Origin: the human T2T-CHM13v2.0 reference genome, Homo sapiens
NCBI RefSeq assembly: GCF_009914755.1
Contig: NC_060947.1
Reading direction: 5' to 3' (one strand)
Length of the DNA stretch: 64,000 bases
The position numbers and the translations under genes are program-made. How positions within the stretch are numbered: position 1 is the stretch's first letter; each line of letters begins with the position of its first letter. Under the pieces are notes generated by a model. It did not search any database, was not told the origin of the DNA, and saw only the letters and a list, made by a program, of their open reading frames with translations. This document shows positions 1 to 18,020 of this stretch, piece after piece.

Positions 1-1904
1 GCTGGCTTGACTTTCCCTTCTTTCCACCCTTTGATGAGAACACGATCCCCAGGCTGATGCTGATGTACTGGAAACCCCAAAGGTGGTGCCTGTGCTAAAA
101 GATCTCTTGTTTTAAGGGAAGAGAAGGTGGAGGATAAACCAAGTATATAATTTCTAAGAAACTAATCTTTTGTTTTAAATGTGGGGACATCAACAGTGGA
201 CTTTATAGTCCTTGGTGCCTTCTTGTTGATAAATTTTGTTTAGCACCTATTTTTATTAGTTTTTAGACCAAAGAAAGCCAAACACCATTTTATATTTAAC
301 AATGCTTCCTGTATTATTTTTATACCAGATAAGCTAAATTTCACCTTCATATTAGTGTGTTATTAATGTTAAGCTTAATTTTAATAAAACCTTGTAGACA
401 TATTTATTCAATTTTTAATGTCTGACCATAAGGTAAGATTTTTATAGACTCTTTTTAGTCTTTTATAATTTTTGTTAAAGAGCAAGTTAGTGCTTTAAGA
501 AAAACCTGTTGTGCTTTTATTTTAATGTCCAGTTCACAGAGAAACCAGATGATACACCTTTAACTTTAGCCAATATGTTTACACACACAATTTCCTTTAC
601 AATTAACTTTTCAAAACTTGCTTAAACCTTTAAAACAAAATATTTTTTAACCTTTTAATGTAGGTAAAAATACACATTCTTATGCCTCCTTATAATCCTT
701 TTACCAAAAGTATATTTTACTTTCCTTACACACATTGCACACTCTTTCTTCAATAGTTTACATTCAGGAGGCCTAATTACTTTTAAATTATACAACATTT
801 CTTGCATAAATTCCCTTTTATAACTTTTTTTCACGACTTTCAAAGACAATTCTTTGACATGCCTCAACTTTCTGACTTGTTGCAAACATCCCTTTCTTTA
901 AACAACCATTTAATTTATTTTAGGACAAGAATTTACCATATAACATTCTTTTTTACATAAATTCTCCCCCCCGCCTTTTTTTCCTCAAGGATGATAGCCA
1001 TTCTTTTCCAAAGTGGACCTCCTTCATGTCTGTGGACTAGACTGTGCAAGGCCACAAGATTACAAGTTAGGATAATACATGTTACACTGTTAACTTCTAG
1101 CAAACTTTACTTTTGTTGAAAACCTTGTAAGTTTGGGATTTCAATTATTCTTTGCTATTAATAAGACCTTGTTCAGTTCAAATTAACTTAGAATTGGTAT
1201 AGATGGCTCCTTCCTGATTCTGTAAGTACGTTAAGGTTCAGCTTATTGCAAACAACTTGCAAGTTTGAGCAGACCAATTATTGGGCCGTTTTCCTAACTC
1301 TGCTTCTACAAGAGTTTCCTTATCACTTACTGAATACCCATTGTGTCTTTTTCCCTCAGTCACCCAGGAGGAACCATCTATCGCCTGTTCTGAAGGGAGT
1401 ACCTCCTAGGTCTGGTCGAACCTTTGGATGGTAATTAAGATTTAGATCCTCTGTTAGGAAACATGCTGGGTTAAGGGAATTTTCAGTGTTTAATGTTAAA
1501 TCATCTTTTTCTAACAGAGTAGCCTCATACTTTAAAATTATTGAGTCAGTAAGCTACCTTTTTATTTTTCCGACTTAGGATAGTTCTGACTTGATGAGGT
1601 GTGCTCACAATGAAGTTTCCTCTAAAAGTTATTTTTCTACTTTCTTCTGTTAGCAAAGCAGTTGCCACTACAGATTGAATGCATTTGGGCCATCCGCGGG
1701 TTACTGGGTTAAAGATTTTTTATTAGAAAGGCTACGGGTTGTCACTGGCCTCAGTGTTTTCAGGCTATGCCCTTGTTTACACTGATGACAAGATGGTATT
1801 GGAGTGTTATAGGATCACGGAGAAGACCTTCAATTATTAATTATAGGTTTTAAATTTACCCTGGCTTTTAAAGGAATAGGGTACACTGCTTCCTCTTTAC
1901 TACT

Positions 1905-2012
1905 TCTATCTCTCTTTCTCTCTCTCTCTTTCTCTCTGTTTCTCTCTCTCTCTCTTTCTCTGTCTCTCTTTGACTCCCTCTTTGTCTTTCTCTCTCTCTC
2001 TCTTTTTCTCTG
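1905..2012. repeat. (CT)n-rich low-complexity tract
   Basis: Directly visible; explains the ERERER ORF at 1830..2045. Confidence 0.9.
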
Positions 2013-2190
2013 CCTCTGCTGGCCACTTATGCTACTGTTCTCCACTCTCCTTCCCCTTCCCCTAGGGGAGGGATAGGCGGGAGTGGAGCTACTCTTTCTT
2101 CCCCTGAGAAGAAAGGAAAGGGGAGTTCTGAATATTTTTCTTACTACTGGAGTTTTGTGTGAGGTTCAGCCCCCTGAAATTTGCAGAAGT

Positions 2191-2378
2191 CTCAACCCCT
2201 CAATCCAGGGGTGTCTTGTCTTGCCTGTCCTGGAAGCCTCAATCCCTCAAACCAGGGATGTCTCACCTTGTCTGCCCTGAAAGCCTCAACCCCTCAAACC
2301 AGGGATGTCTTGCCTTGCCTGTTCCGGAAGGCCTAACCCCTCAAACCAGGAGGTATCTTGCCTTGCTGCTCTGGAAAG
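2191..2378. repeat. 4 x 47-bp tandem repeat in the ERV leader
   Basis: Units starting ctcaacccctcaa(t/a)ccagg or close variants at 2191, 2238, 2285 and 2332. Confidence 0.85.
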
Positions 2379-2908
2379 TTGACCTCTTTCCTCCTTTTCC
2401 CCCTCTGAATGTCCCTTGCCCACTTCCCACTCATGTTGTCCTCTCTGGCTGCTCCCTCGGGGCCCCTCTTAGTGTTGGCATGCTGGTATAAATCCCATGG
2501 CAGGATCCACCTTAAGCCATATGAGGTAGCTATAGAACTGTGGAGAGGACCCACTCATTCCATCCAGCAGTAGGACTTGTCACCATCTACATGAACAACA
2601 CCACAAGCAGGGTTGTTTGTGATCATTCATGTACACACACATTTAGCCCTCCAGAGTCTGACCACCAAGGAAGTACTTTACTGGCTCACATGGCTTCTCC
2701 TTCCTTGGTCTGTGCACAGAGTTGTTGCCACAGTAGGTGAGGACCCTTTAAGCTAGGTTGCTGGCCAGTTTCTTTCTGCGTTGCTGAGATCTCAGGTTAT
2801 TCCTCGCACTGAGTGGGTGCTGATTCCTAAGCCCTGAGGTCGCCACAAGGGGGCGGGGCACGCCTCCTCACGAGGGAGAACCAGAGACTGTCCCTGGAGG
2901 GGAATGTA

Positions 2909-2926
2909 ATCATGGGCGAGCCCCTA
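2909..2926 (-). promoter_or_regulatory. Retroviral primer binding site, tRNA-Pro-like (degenerate)
   Basis: Minus strand TAGGGGCTCGCCCATGAT vs Pro PBS TGGGGGCTCGTCCGGGAT (14/18), 3 nt from the LTR end. Confidence 0.75.
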
Positions 2927-2929
2927 AGT

Positions 2930-3532
2930 TGTTACAAATAAAATTTTGGTGCTGCAAAAGAAATAGCATTCAAATATAATTTTTTTTTTTTAATTCTCAG
3001 CAAGGCAATGTACTTCTATAAAAGGGCCCACCCTTACAGATGGAGCAATGGTGAGTGCACACCTGGACAAGGGAGGGGGAGGGGTTCTTATTCCTGACAC
3101 ATGTGGTCCCTGCTGCTGTTGTTCCCCTATTGGCTAGGGTTAGACTGAACAGGCTAAACTAATTCTGATTGGCTAATTTAAAGAGAGTGACAAGGTGAGT
3201 GGTTTGGCGGGAAAAAATGGTTATGGCAGATCAGGAAATCAGAATGAGTCAGGGTGGAGAATGAGTCAGGGCAGAGCAGGTAATTGGAATGAGTCCGGGT
3301 GGAGCAAACAATCAGAATGAGTCAGGGCAGAGCAGGTAATTGGAATGAGTCAGGGTGGAGCAGGTAATGAGTATGAGTCAGAGTGGAGAAGGTAATGGGA
3401 ATGAGTCAGGATGGAGCAGGTAATTGAAAAAGGTTGCTTTACGAGGAAGTTAAGTTTAAAAGTAGAAGGCAAAGAATTGAACATACTGACATATTGATCC
3501 TTTCAAGAGAAATTTAGAACTCACATCTAACA
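2930..3532 (-). mobile_element. LTR10 (LTR10A/F-like) 5' LTR
   Basis: Minus strand starts TGTTAGATGTGAGTTCTAAATTTCTC and ends ...TTTGTAACA (TG...CA termini); contains the TGACTCA tandem array typical of LTR10A/F. Confidence 0.8.
3245..3425. promoter_or_regulatory. 28-bp tandem repeat carrying AP-1 sites
   Basis: TGAGTCA at 3245, 3262, 3318, 3346, 3374 and 3402; variant TGAGTCC at 3290; exact 28-nt period from 3262. Confidence 0.85.
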
Positions 3533-3555
3533 TTACATTGATTAGTATTTTTATA

Positions 3556-4699
3556 CAGTCATGTATCACTTTATGATTGAGACATATTCTAAACAATGCA
3601 CTGTTAAGTGATTTTCTTTTTGTGAGAGCAATATAGAATGTATTTTCATGAACCTAGATGGCATAGCCTATTACATACCTAGTTTCTGTAGTGTAGCCTA
3701 TTGCTCCTAGGCTACAAACCTGTAAAGTATGTGACTGTACTGAATAATGTAGGCAATTGTAGGACAATAATATGTATTTGTGTATCTAAATATAGAAAAG
3801 GTACAGTAAAATTCAACATAAAAAATAAAAACAGTACACCTGTATATAATACTTGCCATGAATGAAGCTTGCGGAACCGGAAGTTGCTCTGGATGAGTCA
3901 GTGAGTGAATGGTTAGTAAATGTGAAGGCCTAGGACATTACTGAACCCTACTATAAATTTTATAAACACTGTACACTCAGGCTGCATGAAATTTACAAAA
4001 AAAGTTTTTTTCTTCATTAATAAATTAATCTCAGCTTATTGTAACTTTTTCACTTAAAAAGCTTTTTAATTTTTTAATATTTTTGATTCTTTTGTAATAA
4101 TACTTGCTTTAAAACACATACACATTGTACAGCTGTACAAAAATATTTTTTCTTCATATCCTTATTCTATAAGCTTTTTCTACTTTTAAATTTTTAATAT
4201 TTTAAATACTTTTAAAACTTTTTTTCTTAAAAACTAAGACATGAAAACACACATTAGCCTAGGCCTGTCCAGATTCAGGGTGATCAATATCACTGTCTTT
4301 CACCTCCATGTCTTCTTTTACTGGAAGATCCTTGGGAGCAGCAACACACAAAGCTTTAATCTTCTATGGAAATAATGCCTTCTTTTGGAATAGCTCCTGA
4401 AGAACCTGCTTAAGGTTGTTTTAGAGTGAACTTTTCATAAATAGAAGGAGTACATTCTAAAATAAAGATGAAAATATAGTATGATATCTACATAAGCCAG
4501 TAACAGAGTTGTTTATTATTAATACTAGGTTTGTATACACCATAATCACCACAAATATGTGAGTAGTGTATTGTGCTACAATGCTATGACAACTAAGTCA
4601 CTAGGCAATAAACATTTTTCAGCTTCATTATACTCTTATGAGACCACTGTCATTTATGTGGTCCATCATTGATAAAAAAATTTATGAGGCCCATTACTG
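3556..4699 (+). mobile_element. Tigger3b-like (Golem/MER7) DNA transposon, non-autonomous
   Basis: Termini cagtcatg...cattactg flanked by TA on both sides (3554-3555, 4700-4701); internal match to recalled Tigger3 sequence (aacctagatggcatagccta...ctcctaggctacaaacctgt). Confidence 0.8.
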
Positions 4700-4746
4700 T
4701 ATTGCATTTCTGGAATAAATCATTTAGTCAAGATATTTAATTCTTT

Positions 4747-10099
<5,353 letters not shown>

Positions 10100-10283
10100 T
10101 GATGCTGATGTATTCAGTTTGGTAGTAGTTTGTTAAAAATTTTTACATCAATATTCATAAAGAATATTGGTTTACAGTTTTTTGTAGGATCTTTATCTGT
10201 TTTTGGTATTAATGTAATGCTAACCTCAGAATAAATTATCAACTATTCCACTTTCTTTTGTTTGTTTGTTGTTTTTTAAATAG

Positions 10284-10607
10284 TTTTTTTTTTTTTTTTT
10301 TGAAATGAAGTCTCACTCTGTTGCCCAGGCTGGAGTGCAGTGACACAACCTCAGCTTACTGCAAACTTCCCCTCCTGGGTTCAAGTGATTTTCATGCCTC
10401 AGCCTCCTGAGTAGTGGGATTACAGGCACATGCGACCACTCGTGGCTAATTTTTGTTTTTTCAGTAGAGATAGGGTTTCACCATGTTAGTAGAGACAGGG
10501 TTTCACCATGTTGTCCAGGCTGGTCTCAAACTCCTGACTTCAGGTGATCCACCTGCCTCAGCCTCCCAAAGTGCTGGGATTACAGGCATGAGACCCCACA
10601 TCTAGCC
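10284..10607 (-). mobile_element. AluS with a 25-bp internal tandem duplication
   Basis: Poly-T followed by antisense Alu dimer; agtagaga(t/c)agggtttcaccatgtt at 10463 and 10488. Confidence 0.92.
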
Positions 10608-11169
10608 TGAAAGAGTTTGAGAAAGATTGCTACTAATTACTCTTTAAATATTTAATAAAATTTGCCAGACAAGCCATCTGGTCTTAGAATTCTCTTTTAT
10701 TGGAAGGTCTTTGACTACTGATTCAATTTCTTCACCTGTTTGTCTGTCCAAACGTGGGATTTCTCCTTAAGTCAATTTTGATTGCTTTAAAAATAGAAAT
10801 TTGGCTATTTCATATAATTTATGTAGTTTGTTGATGTATAATTATCCATAGTATCCTCATTTTATTTTAAACATTATGAATAATGTCTCAACTTTTATTT
10901 CTGATTTAAGTAATTTGCATTTTCTCTCTTTTTTTCTTGGTCAGGCTAAGTAAAGTTTTGCCAATTTTTTTTTCAAAGAACCAGTTTTTGATTTTATTGA
11001 TTTTCTCTATTACTTATTGATTCTATTCTATATTTCATCAATATTTTCTCTAATCTTTATTATTTCCTTCCTTCTACTTGCTTTAGGTGTAGTTCTATCT
11101 CTTGTTCCAGTTTCTTATAGAAGATGTTTGGGTTATTGATTTTAGATTTTCTTTCCTTATTAACATATG

Positions 11170-11386
11170 TGTATTAGTGTGCTAGGGCTGACATAACATC
11201 ATACCACAGACTTATATCTTAAACAACAGAAATTTATTTTCTCACAATTCTAGAGGTTGAAAATCCAAGATCAAAGTGCCATCAGGTTTGGTGTTGGTAA
11301 GGTCTGTCTTCCTGGCTAGCAGATTCTCACCATGTCCTCATTTGCCCTCTCTTCTGTGCATGTGGAGAAAGGGAGGGAGAGAGAGT
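11170..11386 (-). mobile_element. MaLR LTR fragment (MLT1A/B-like)
   Basis: tgtattagt...aaacaacagaaatttattttctcacaattctagagg...aaatccaagatcaaagtgcc MaLR motifs. Confidence 0.7.
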
Positions 11387-11790
11387 GCATCACATAAATT
11401 TTAGTATGTTCTTCCTTAATTTTCATTTGTCTCAAGATATTATCGGATTTTCTCTTTTTGATTTCTTTTTTCACTTATTTATTATGTTGTTTAATTTATG
11501 TGTTTCCCCAATTTTTTCCTGCTATTGATTTCTAATGTTATTCCAGTTTGTTCAGAGAAGATACTTTGTATTATGTCTATCCTTTTAAATTTATTGAGAT
11601 CTGCTTTATGGTCCAGCATATGATCTATCTTGTGGAATGTTCCATGAAAACTTGAAAATAATGTATATTCTTCATTTTGTGATATAGTGTTCTATAGACG
11701 TCTGTTAGGTCTAGTTGGTTCATAATGTTGTACAAGTTCTCTATTTCCTTATTTTTTTGACTAGATCTATGCATTATTGAAAGTGAGTTA

Positions 11791-12087
<297 letters not shown>

Positions 12088-12623
12088 GTGAGTTAATCTT
12101 TAACTATTACTGTATGGTTAAATTGTATCTTTCTCCCTTTATGTCTATCAATTTTTCCTTCAAGTGTTTTGGTGTTGTGTTACTAGGTGCATTGTTTTAT
12201 CTTCTTGATGTATTTTTTTTATCTTCCTGGTGGATTAACCCTTTTATCATTATAAAATGGTTCTGTTTGTCTTTAGTAACTTTTATTGTTTTAAAGTCTA
12301 TCTTGTCCAACATCATTATAGCCACTACAACTTTCTTGTGGTTGCTATTTTCATGATATATCTTTGTTTCCATTCTTTTGCTTTTAGTTTATTTGTATCT
12401 TTGAATCTAGAGTGTCTCCTATAGAAAGAATATAGTTGGATCTTGTTTTATATGCAGCATGTTAGTCTCTGCCTTTGATTGGATTATTTAATCCTCTCAC
12501 ATTTAGTGTTATTGATACAGTTGAATTTATGTCAGCTTTTTTACGTTTTGGTTTTTATATGTCTCATGTTTTTTTTTTCTCTATCATTCTGCTGCTTTCT
12601 TTCACATCAAATGAATATTTTCT

Positions 12624-15600
12624 TTTTTTTCTTAAAGTTTATTTTTATTTATATAGACTCAGGGGTACATGTTCAGGTTTATTACATGGATATATTGAAT
12701 AGTGGTGGGTTTGGTCTTCTAGTGTACCAAACACCCAAATAGTAAACACTGTACCCAATAGGTTATTTTTCCATCCTCACCCTCCTCCCACCATCCACCC
12801 TCAAGTAGGGTCCAGTGTCTGTTGTTTTCTTCTTTGTGTCCACATGTACTCAATGTTTAGCTTCCACTTATAAGTGAGAACAGGCAGTATTTACTTTTCT
12901 GCTCCTGTGTTATTTCATTTAAGATAATGGCCTCCTGCTCCACCCATGTTGCTGCAAAGGACATAATCTACTTCTTTTACATGGCTTTGTAGTATTCCAT
13001 GGAGTATATGTACCACATTTTCTTTATCCAGTCTACTGTTGATGTGACTTTAGGTTGACTCCATGTTTTTGCTATTGTGAATAATGCTGTGATGCACATA
13101 CACATTCATGTGTTTTTATGGTAGAACAATTCATGTTCCTTTGGGTGTATGCCCAATAATTGGATTGCTAAGTTAAATAGTACATCTATTTTAAGCCATT
13201 TGAAAAATCACCAAACTGCTTTCCACAATGGCAGAACTAATTTATATTCCCACCAGCAGTGTATAAGCAGTCCCTTTTCTCCAAAACCTTGCCAGCATAT
13301 GTTATATTTTGCCTTTTTACTAATAGCCATTCTGACTAATGTGAGATGATACCTCATTTTGGTTTTGATTTGCATTTCTCTAATGATTAGTGATGTTGAG
13401 CATTTTTTCCATATGCCTGTTAGCCGCACGTATGTCTTTTTTTTTGAAAACTCCCTGTTCAAGTCTTTTGCTTGCTTTTTAATGGAGTTGTTTGGTTTTT
13501 GCTTGTTAATTTGTTTAATTTCCTTATAGATTATGGATATTAGACCCTTTTTCAATTCATGGTTTGAAAATATTTTCTCCCATTCTGTAGGTTGTCTGTT
13601 TATTCTGTTGATAGGTTCTTTTGCTGTGCAGAAAAACTTTAGTTTAATTATGTCTCATTTATTTATTTTATTTTTATTTTTATTTTTTTGCAATTGCTTT
13701 TGGTGTCTTCATCACAAAATCGTTGCCAAGTCCTATGTCTGAAGTAGTATCTCCTAGGTTATCTTTCAGGGCATTTATACCTTTAGGTTTTATATTTAAG
13801 TCTTTAATCTATCTTGAGCTGATTTGTGTATATGATATAAGGAAGAGGTCCAGTTTTAATATTCTTCATATAGCTAGCCAGTTATCACTGCACCATTTAT
13901 TGAATAGGGAGTCCTTTCCCCATTGCTTCTTTTTGTCCACTTTGTCAAAGATCAGATGGTTAGAGAAGTGCAGCTTTATTTCTGGGCGCTCTATGCTGTT
14001 CCATTGGTCTATGTGTCTATTTTTGTACCAATACCATGCTGTTTTAACTACTGTAGTTTTGTAATATAGATTGAAGTCAGGTAATGTGGTGCCTCCAGCT
14101 TTGTTCTATTTTCTTAGGATTGTTTTGGCTATTCAGGCTCTTTTTTGGCTTTACATACATTTAAATTTTTTTTTCTAATTATGTGAAGAATGTAATTGGT
14201 AGTTTGATAGGAACAGCATTAAACATTTGAATTGCTTTGGGAAGTATGACCATTTTAACAATACTGATTTCTCTTATTTATGAACACAGAGTATTTTTCT
14301 ATTTGTTTTGGTCATCTCTGATTTCTTTGAACAGTGTTTCATCATTCTGGCTCTCGAGATCTTTCCCTTCCCTGGTGAGTTGTATACCTAGCTATTTCAT
14401 TCTTTTTGTGGCTGTTGTGAAAGAGACTTTTCTTAATTTGGCACTCAGCCTGGATGTTGTTGGTGTATAGAAATGCTACTGATTATTGTACATTGATTTT
14501 GTATTCTGAAACTTTACTAAAGTTGTTTATCAGATCTTGGAGCTTTTGGGCAAAGACTGTCAAGTTTTCTAGATACAGAATGACATCATCTGTGAAGAGA
14601 GATAGTTTGACTATTGTATTAGTCCATTATCATGCTGCTAATAAAGACTTACCTGAGACTGAGTAATTTACAAAGAAAAGAGGCTTAATTAACTCACAGT
14701 TCAGCATGGCTGGGGAGATCTCAGGAAACTTACAGTCATGGCGGAAGGGGAAGCAAACACATCCCTCTTCACAGGGCGGCAGGAAGAGGTATGAGAGCCA
14801 AGTGAAGGGGGAAGCCCCATTAAAACCATCAGACCTCAAGAGAAGTCACTCATTAGCACAAGAACAGCATGATCAGCATGGGAGTAACCGCCCCCATCAT
14901 TAAATTACCTCCCACCAGGTGCCTCCCACAACACATGGGGATTATGGGAACTACAATTCGAGATGAGATTTGGGTGAGGACACAGCCAAACAATATCGAT
15001 GATCTTTCTTCCTATTTTGATGCCTTTTATTTCTTTCTCTTGCCCAATTGCTCTGGCTAGAACTTCCAGTACTATGTTGAACAGGAGTTGTGACAGTAGG
15101 AATCCTTGTCTTGTTCTGGTTATCAAGGAGAATGCTTCCATTCAGTATGATGTTGGCTGTGGGTTTGTCATAGAAGGCTCTAATTTTTTCAAGGTATGTT
15201 TGTTCCTTCAATGTCTAGTTTGTTGAGGATTTTTAACATGAAGGGATGTTGAATTTTATCAAAACCCTTTTCTGCATCCATTGAGATGATTATGTAGACT
15301 TTGTTTTTAGTTCTCTTATGTAATGAATTACATTTATTGATTTGTGTATGTTGAACCATTCCAGGGATAAAGCCTGGTGTATTAACCATTTGATGTGATG
15401 CTGGATTTGGTTTGCCAGTATTTTGTTCAGGATTTTTGCATCTATGTTCATCAAGGGTACTGTCCTGAAGTTTTCCTTTTTGGTTGTGTCTCTGCCAGGT
15501 TTTGATGTCAGCATGATGCTGGACTCATAGAATGAGTTAGGGAGGAGTCCTTCTTCTTCAAGTTTTTGGAGCAGTTTGGAGTAGGAATGGTGCCAGGTCT

Positions 15601-17791
15601 TCTTTATACAGCTGGTGGTTTAATCTTGAAATGGTGAATGTTATCAGGAATTTATCAATTTCTTTTACGATGTCTAGTTTCTGTGCATAGAGGTGTTCAT
15701 ACTAGTCTCTGAGGTTTTTTTGTATTTCTGTGGGGTCAGTGGTAATACCCTCTTTGTCGTTTCTAATTGTGTTTATTCGGATCTTCTCCCTTTTCTTCTT
15801 TATTAGTCTAGCTAGCAGCATATCAATCCTATTTATTCCTTCCAAGAACCAACTTGTGGTTTGTCGAGCTTTTGTATGGTTTTTCACAATTCAATTTCAT
15901 TCAGTTGTGCTCTGATTTTGGTTACTTCTTGTCTTCTGCTAACTTTGGGGTTGGTTTGATCTTGTGTTTCTAGTTCTTGTAGGAGTGATGTTAAGTTGTT
16001 AATTTGAGATCTTTCCAACTTTTTGATGTGGGAGTTTCATGCCATACATTTTCCTCTTAACACTGCTTTATCTTTGTTTGAGAGATTCTGGTATGTTGCA
16101 TCTTTGTTCTCATTCAAAGAATTTGCCTCAATTAAAAGACACTACGTGGCAAGTTGGATCAAGGTGCAAAATCCAAATGTCAAAGAATTTCTTGATTTTC
16201 TAGTTAATTTCATTTTTTACTCAAAAGTCATTCAGAAGCAGATTGTTTAATTTTCATGTAATTGTATCATTTTGAGCAATCTTCTTAGTATTGATTTTAA
16301 TTTTTATTGCACTGTTGACTGAGAGTGTGGTTGGTATGATTTGAGTGTTTTTGATTTTGCTGAGAATTGTTTTATGGCTAATTGTATGGTTGATTTTAGA
16401 GTGTTTGTCATGTGCAGAGGAGAAGAATGTATATTCTATTCTTGTTGGGTGGAGTGTTCTGTCATATGTCTGTTAGGTCCAGTTAATCAAGTGTTGAGTG
16501 TAAGTTTAGAATATCTTTTTCAGTTTTCCATTTCAATGATAATCTAATAATGTCAGTGGAGTGTTGAAGTCTCCTATTATTATTGTGTGGTTATCTAAGT
16601 CTCTTTGCAGGCCTCTTAGAACTTGTTTTATGAACCTAGCTTCTTCTATGTTAGGTGCATACATATTTAAGATAGTTAGATCTTCTTGTTGAATTGAACC
16701 CTTTACCATTATGGAATGCCTGTCTTTGTCTTTTTGGATCATTGTTGGTTTCAACTCTATTTTGTCTGAAATTAGAATAGCAACCCCTGCTTTTTTCTGT
16801 TTTTCATTTGCTTGGTCAATTTTTCTCTATCCCTTTACTTTAAGATATGGATGTCATTACATGTGTGATGGATCTCTTAAAGACAGCATAGATTTGGGTT
16901 TTGCTTCTTGATCCAACTTGCTACTCAGTGTCTTTTAATTGAGGCATTTAGCTCATCTACATTCAAGGTTAATATTGATATTTGCAGATTTGATACTGTC
17001 ATGTTGTTAGCTGGTTATTATGCAGACTTGATTTTGTAGTTGTTTTGTAGTGTCAATGGTCTATGTACTGAAGTGTGTTTAACACTCCCTTAAGGGTCTC
17101 TTGTAAGGCAGGTCTGATAGTAATGAATTTCCTTAGCATTTGCTTGTATGGAAAGTATCTTATTTCTTTTTCACTTATGAAGCTTAATTTGGCTGGATAT
17201 AAAATTATTGGTTTGAATTAATTTTCTTTAGGAATGATAAATATGGGCCCCCAATCTTTTCCAGTTTCTAGAGTTTCTGTTGAAAGATCAGCTGTTAGCC
17301 TAATGGTATTGTTTTTGTAGGTGACCCGCCCCTTCTCTCTAGCTGCCTTTAACATTTTTTCTTCCATTTCAACCTTGGAGAATTTGATGACTATGTGTCT
17401 TCGGGATGATCATCATGTCATACAGTCTGGAGTCTTGCCCTGACACTCTCTAAAGCAGCTTTCTTTACCAGCTCAAGTGTCCACTGGGGTCATGAGGTCT
17501 CCTGCTGATAGGATTCCAGAGGTGTGTAGTGAGAGTGGGCCACTCCTTGCCTGTTCAACTCACCCCTTTCTTAGGAGTCTCTGGGAGCCAAGAATGAGTC
17601 CCAGTACTCCTCAGCCCCCTGCAGGGTTCCCAACTTCTTCTCCCATTGGCCCAGTGTCTATATCCTCCCCCGCATCCATTCTTAATGCCTTCCCTCCAAA
17701 GATCTGCTTGAAGTGTGCCAGTCTTTCTGATATCCCAGTCTCTCAGTGGGAGATGTTTCTCCTGGCTGTTTCTAGTTGACCATCTTGAATC
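12624..17791 (-). mobile_element. Old primate L1 (L1PA15/16-like): 3'UTR, ORF2, partial ORF1 and 5' end, with an internal deletion
   Basis: ORF2p-like ORFs (13208..13555, 15290..15514, 16533..16754); L1 5'-start motif GATTCAAGATGG on the minus strand from 17791; degenerate T-tail from 12624. Confidence 0.85.
14615..14998 (-). mobile_element. THE1 solo LTR nested in the L1
   Basis: tgtattagtcc...atgctgctaataaagac...cacagccaaacaatatc, matching THE1 termini. Confidence 0.88.
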
Positions 17792-18020
17792 CTGGATGTA
17801 CAGCTACTGTCTTCTCTATTGTTACATTCCAGGTCTCTTTACTTTGCTCCAGACAGGTGATTAGGTGTGGCTTAGAGACAGCGAAACCGTTTTCCAGCTT
17901 CTGAAGGGCCCCAGCATCCCCCTATGTGTCTCTGAGTACCTGCTGATCACAGAGCAATAGAACCTGTGACAGAATCACCTGGGCCTCCTTTAACAGAAGA
18001 CATGAAGCAGTGAAGACAAC
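17792..18020 (-). pseudogene. Processed fragment of a ZNF91-family-like KRAB-ZNF mRNA (exon 1 + 96-nt KRAB-B exon) fused to the L1 5' end
   Basis: Reading down from 17888 gives [32 protein letters not shown] (KRAB-B; compare GxAVSKPDLITCLEQxKEPWN). 17888-18020 resembles KZNF exon 1 and ends GGAAAACG (canonical ...GAAATG). Confidence 0.85.

Larger units (their letters stand above)
1..2929 (-). mobile_element. ERV1 internal sequence (HERVIP10F/FH-like), 5' leader and non-coding AT-rich part; continues beyond the window start
   Basis: Abuts an LTR10-type LTR through a tRNA-Pro-like primer binding site; no gag/pol ORF in the ORF track. Family assignment follows from the LTR10-HERVIP10 pairing (recalled). 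Confidence 0.7.

Noticed and set aside
3245-3425. Regularly spaced repeats resembling a CRISPR array (also 2191-2378)
   Set aside because: Head-to-tail tandem units without unique spacers, inside an ERV in primate DNA, with no cas genes.
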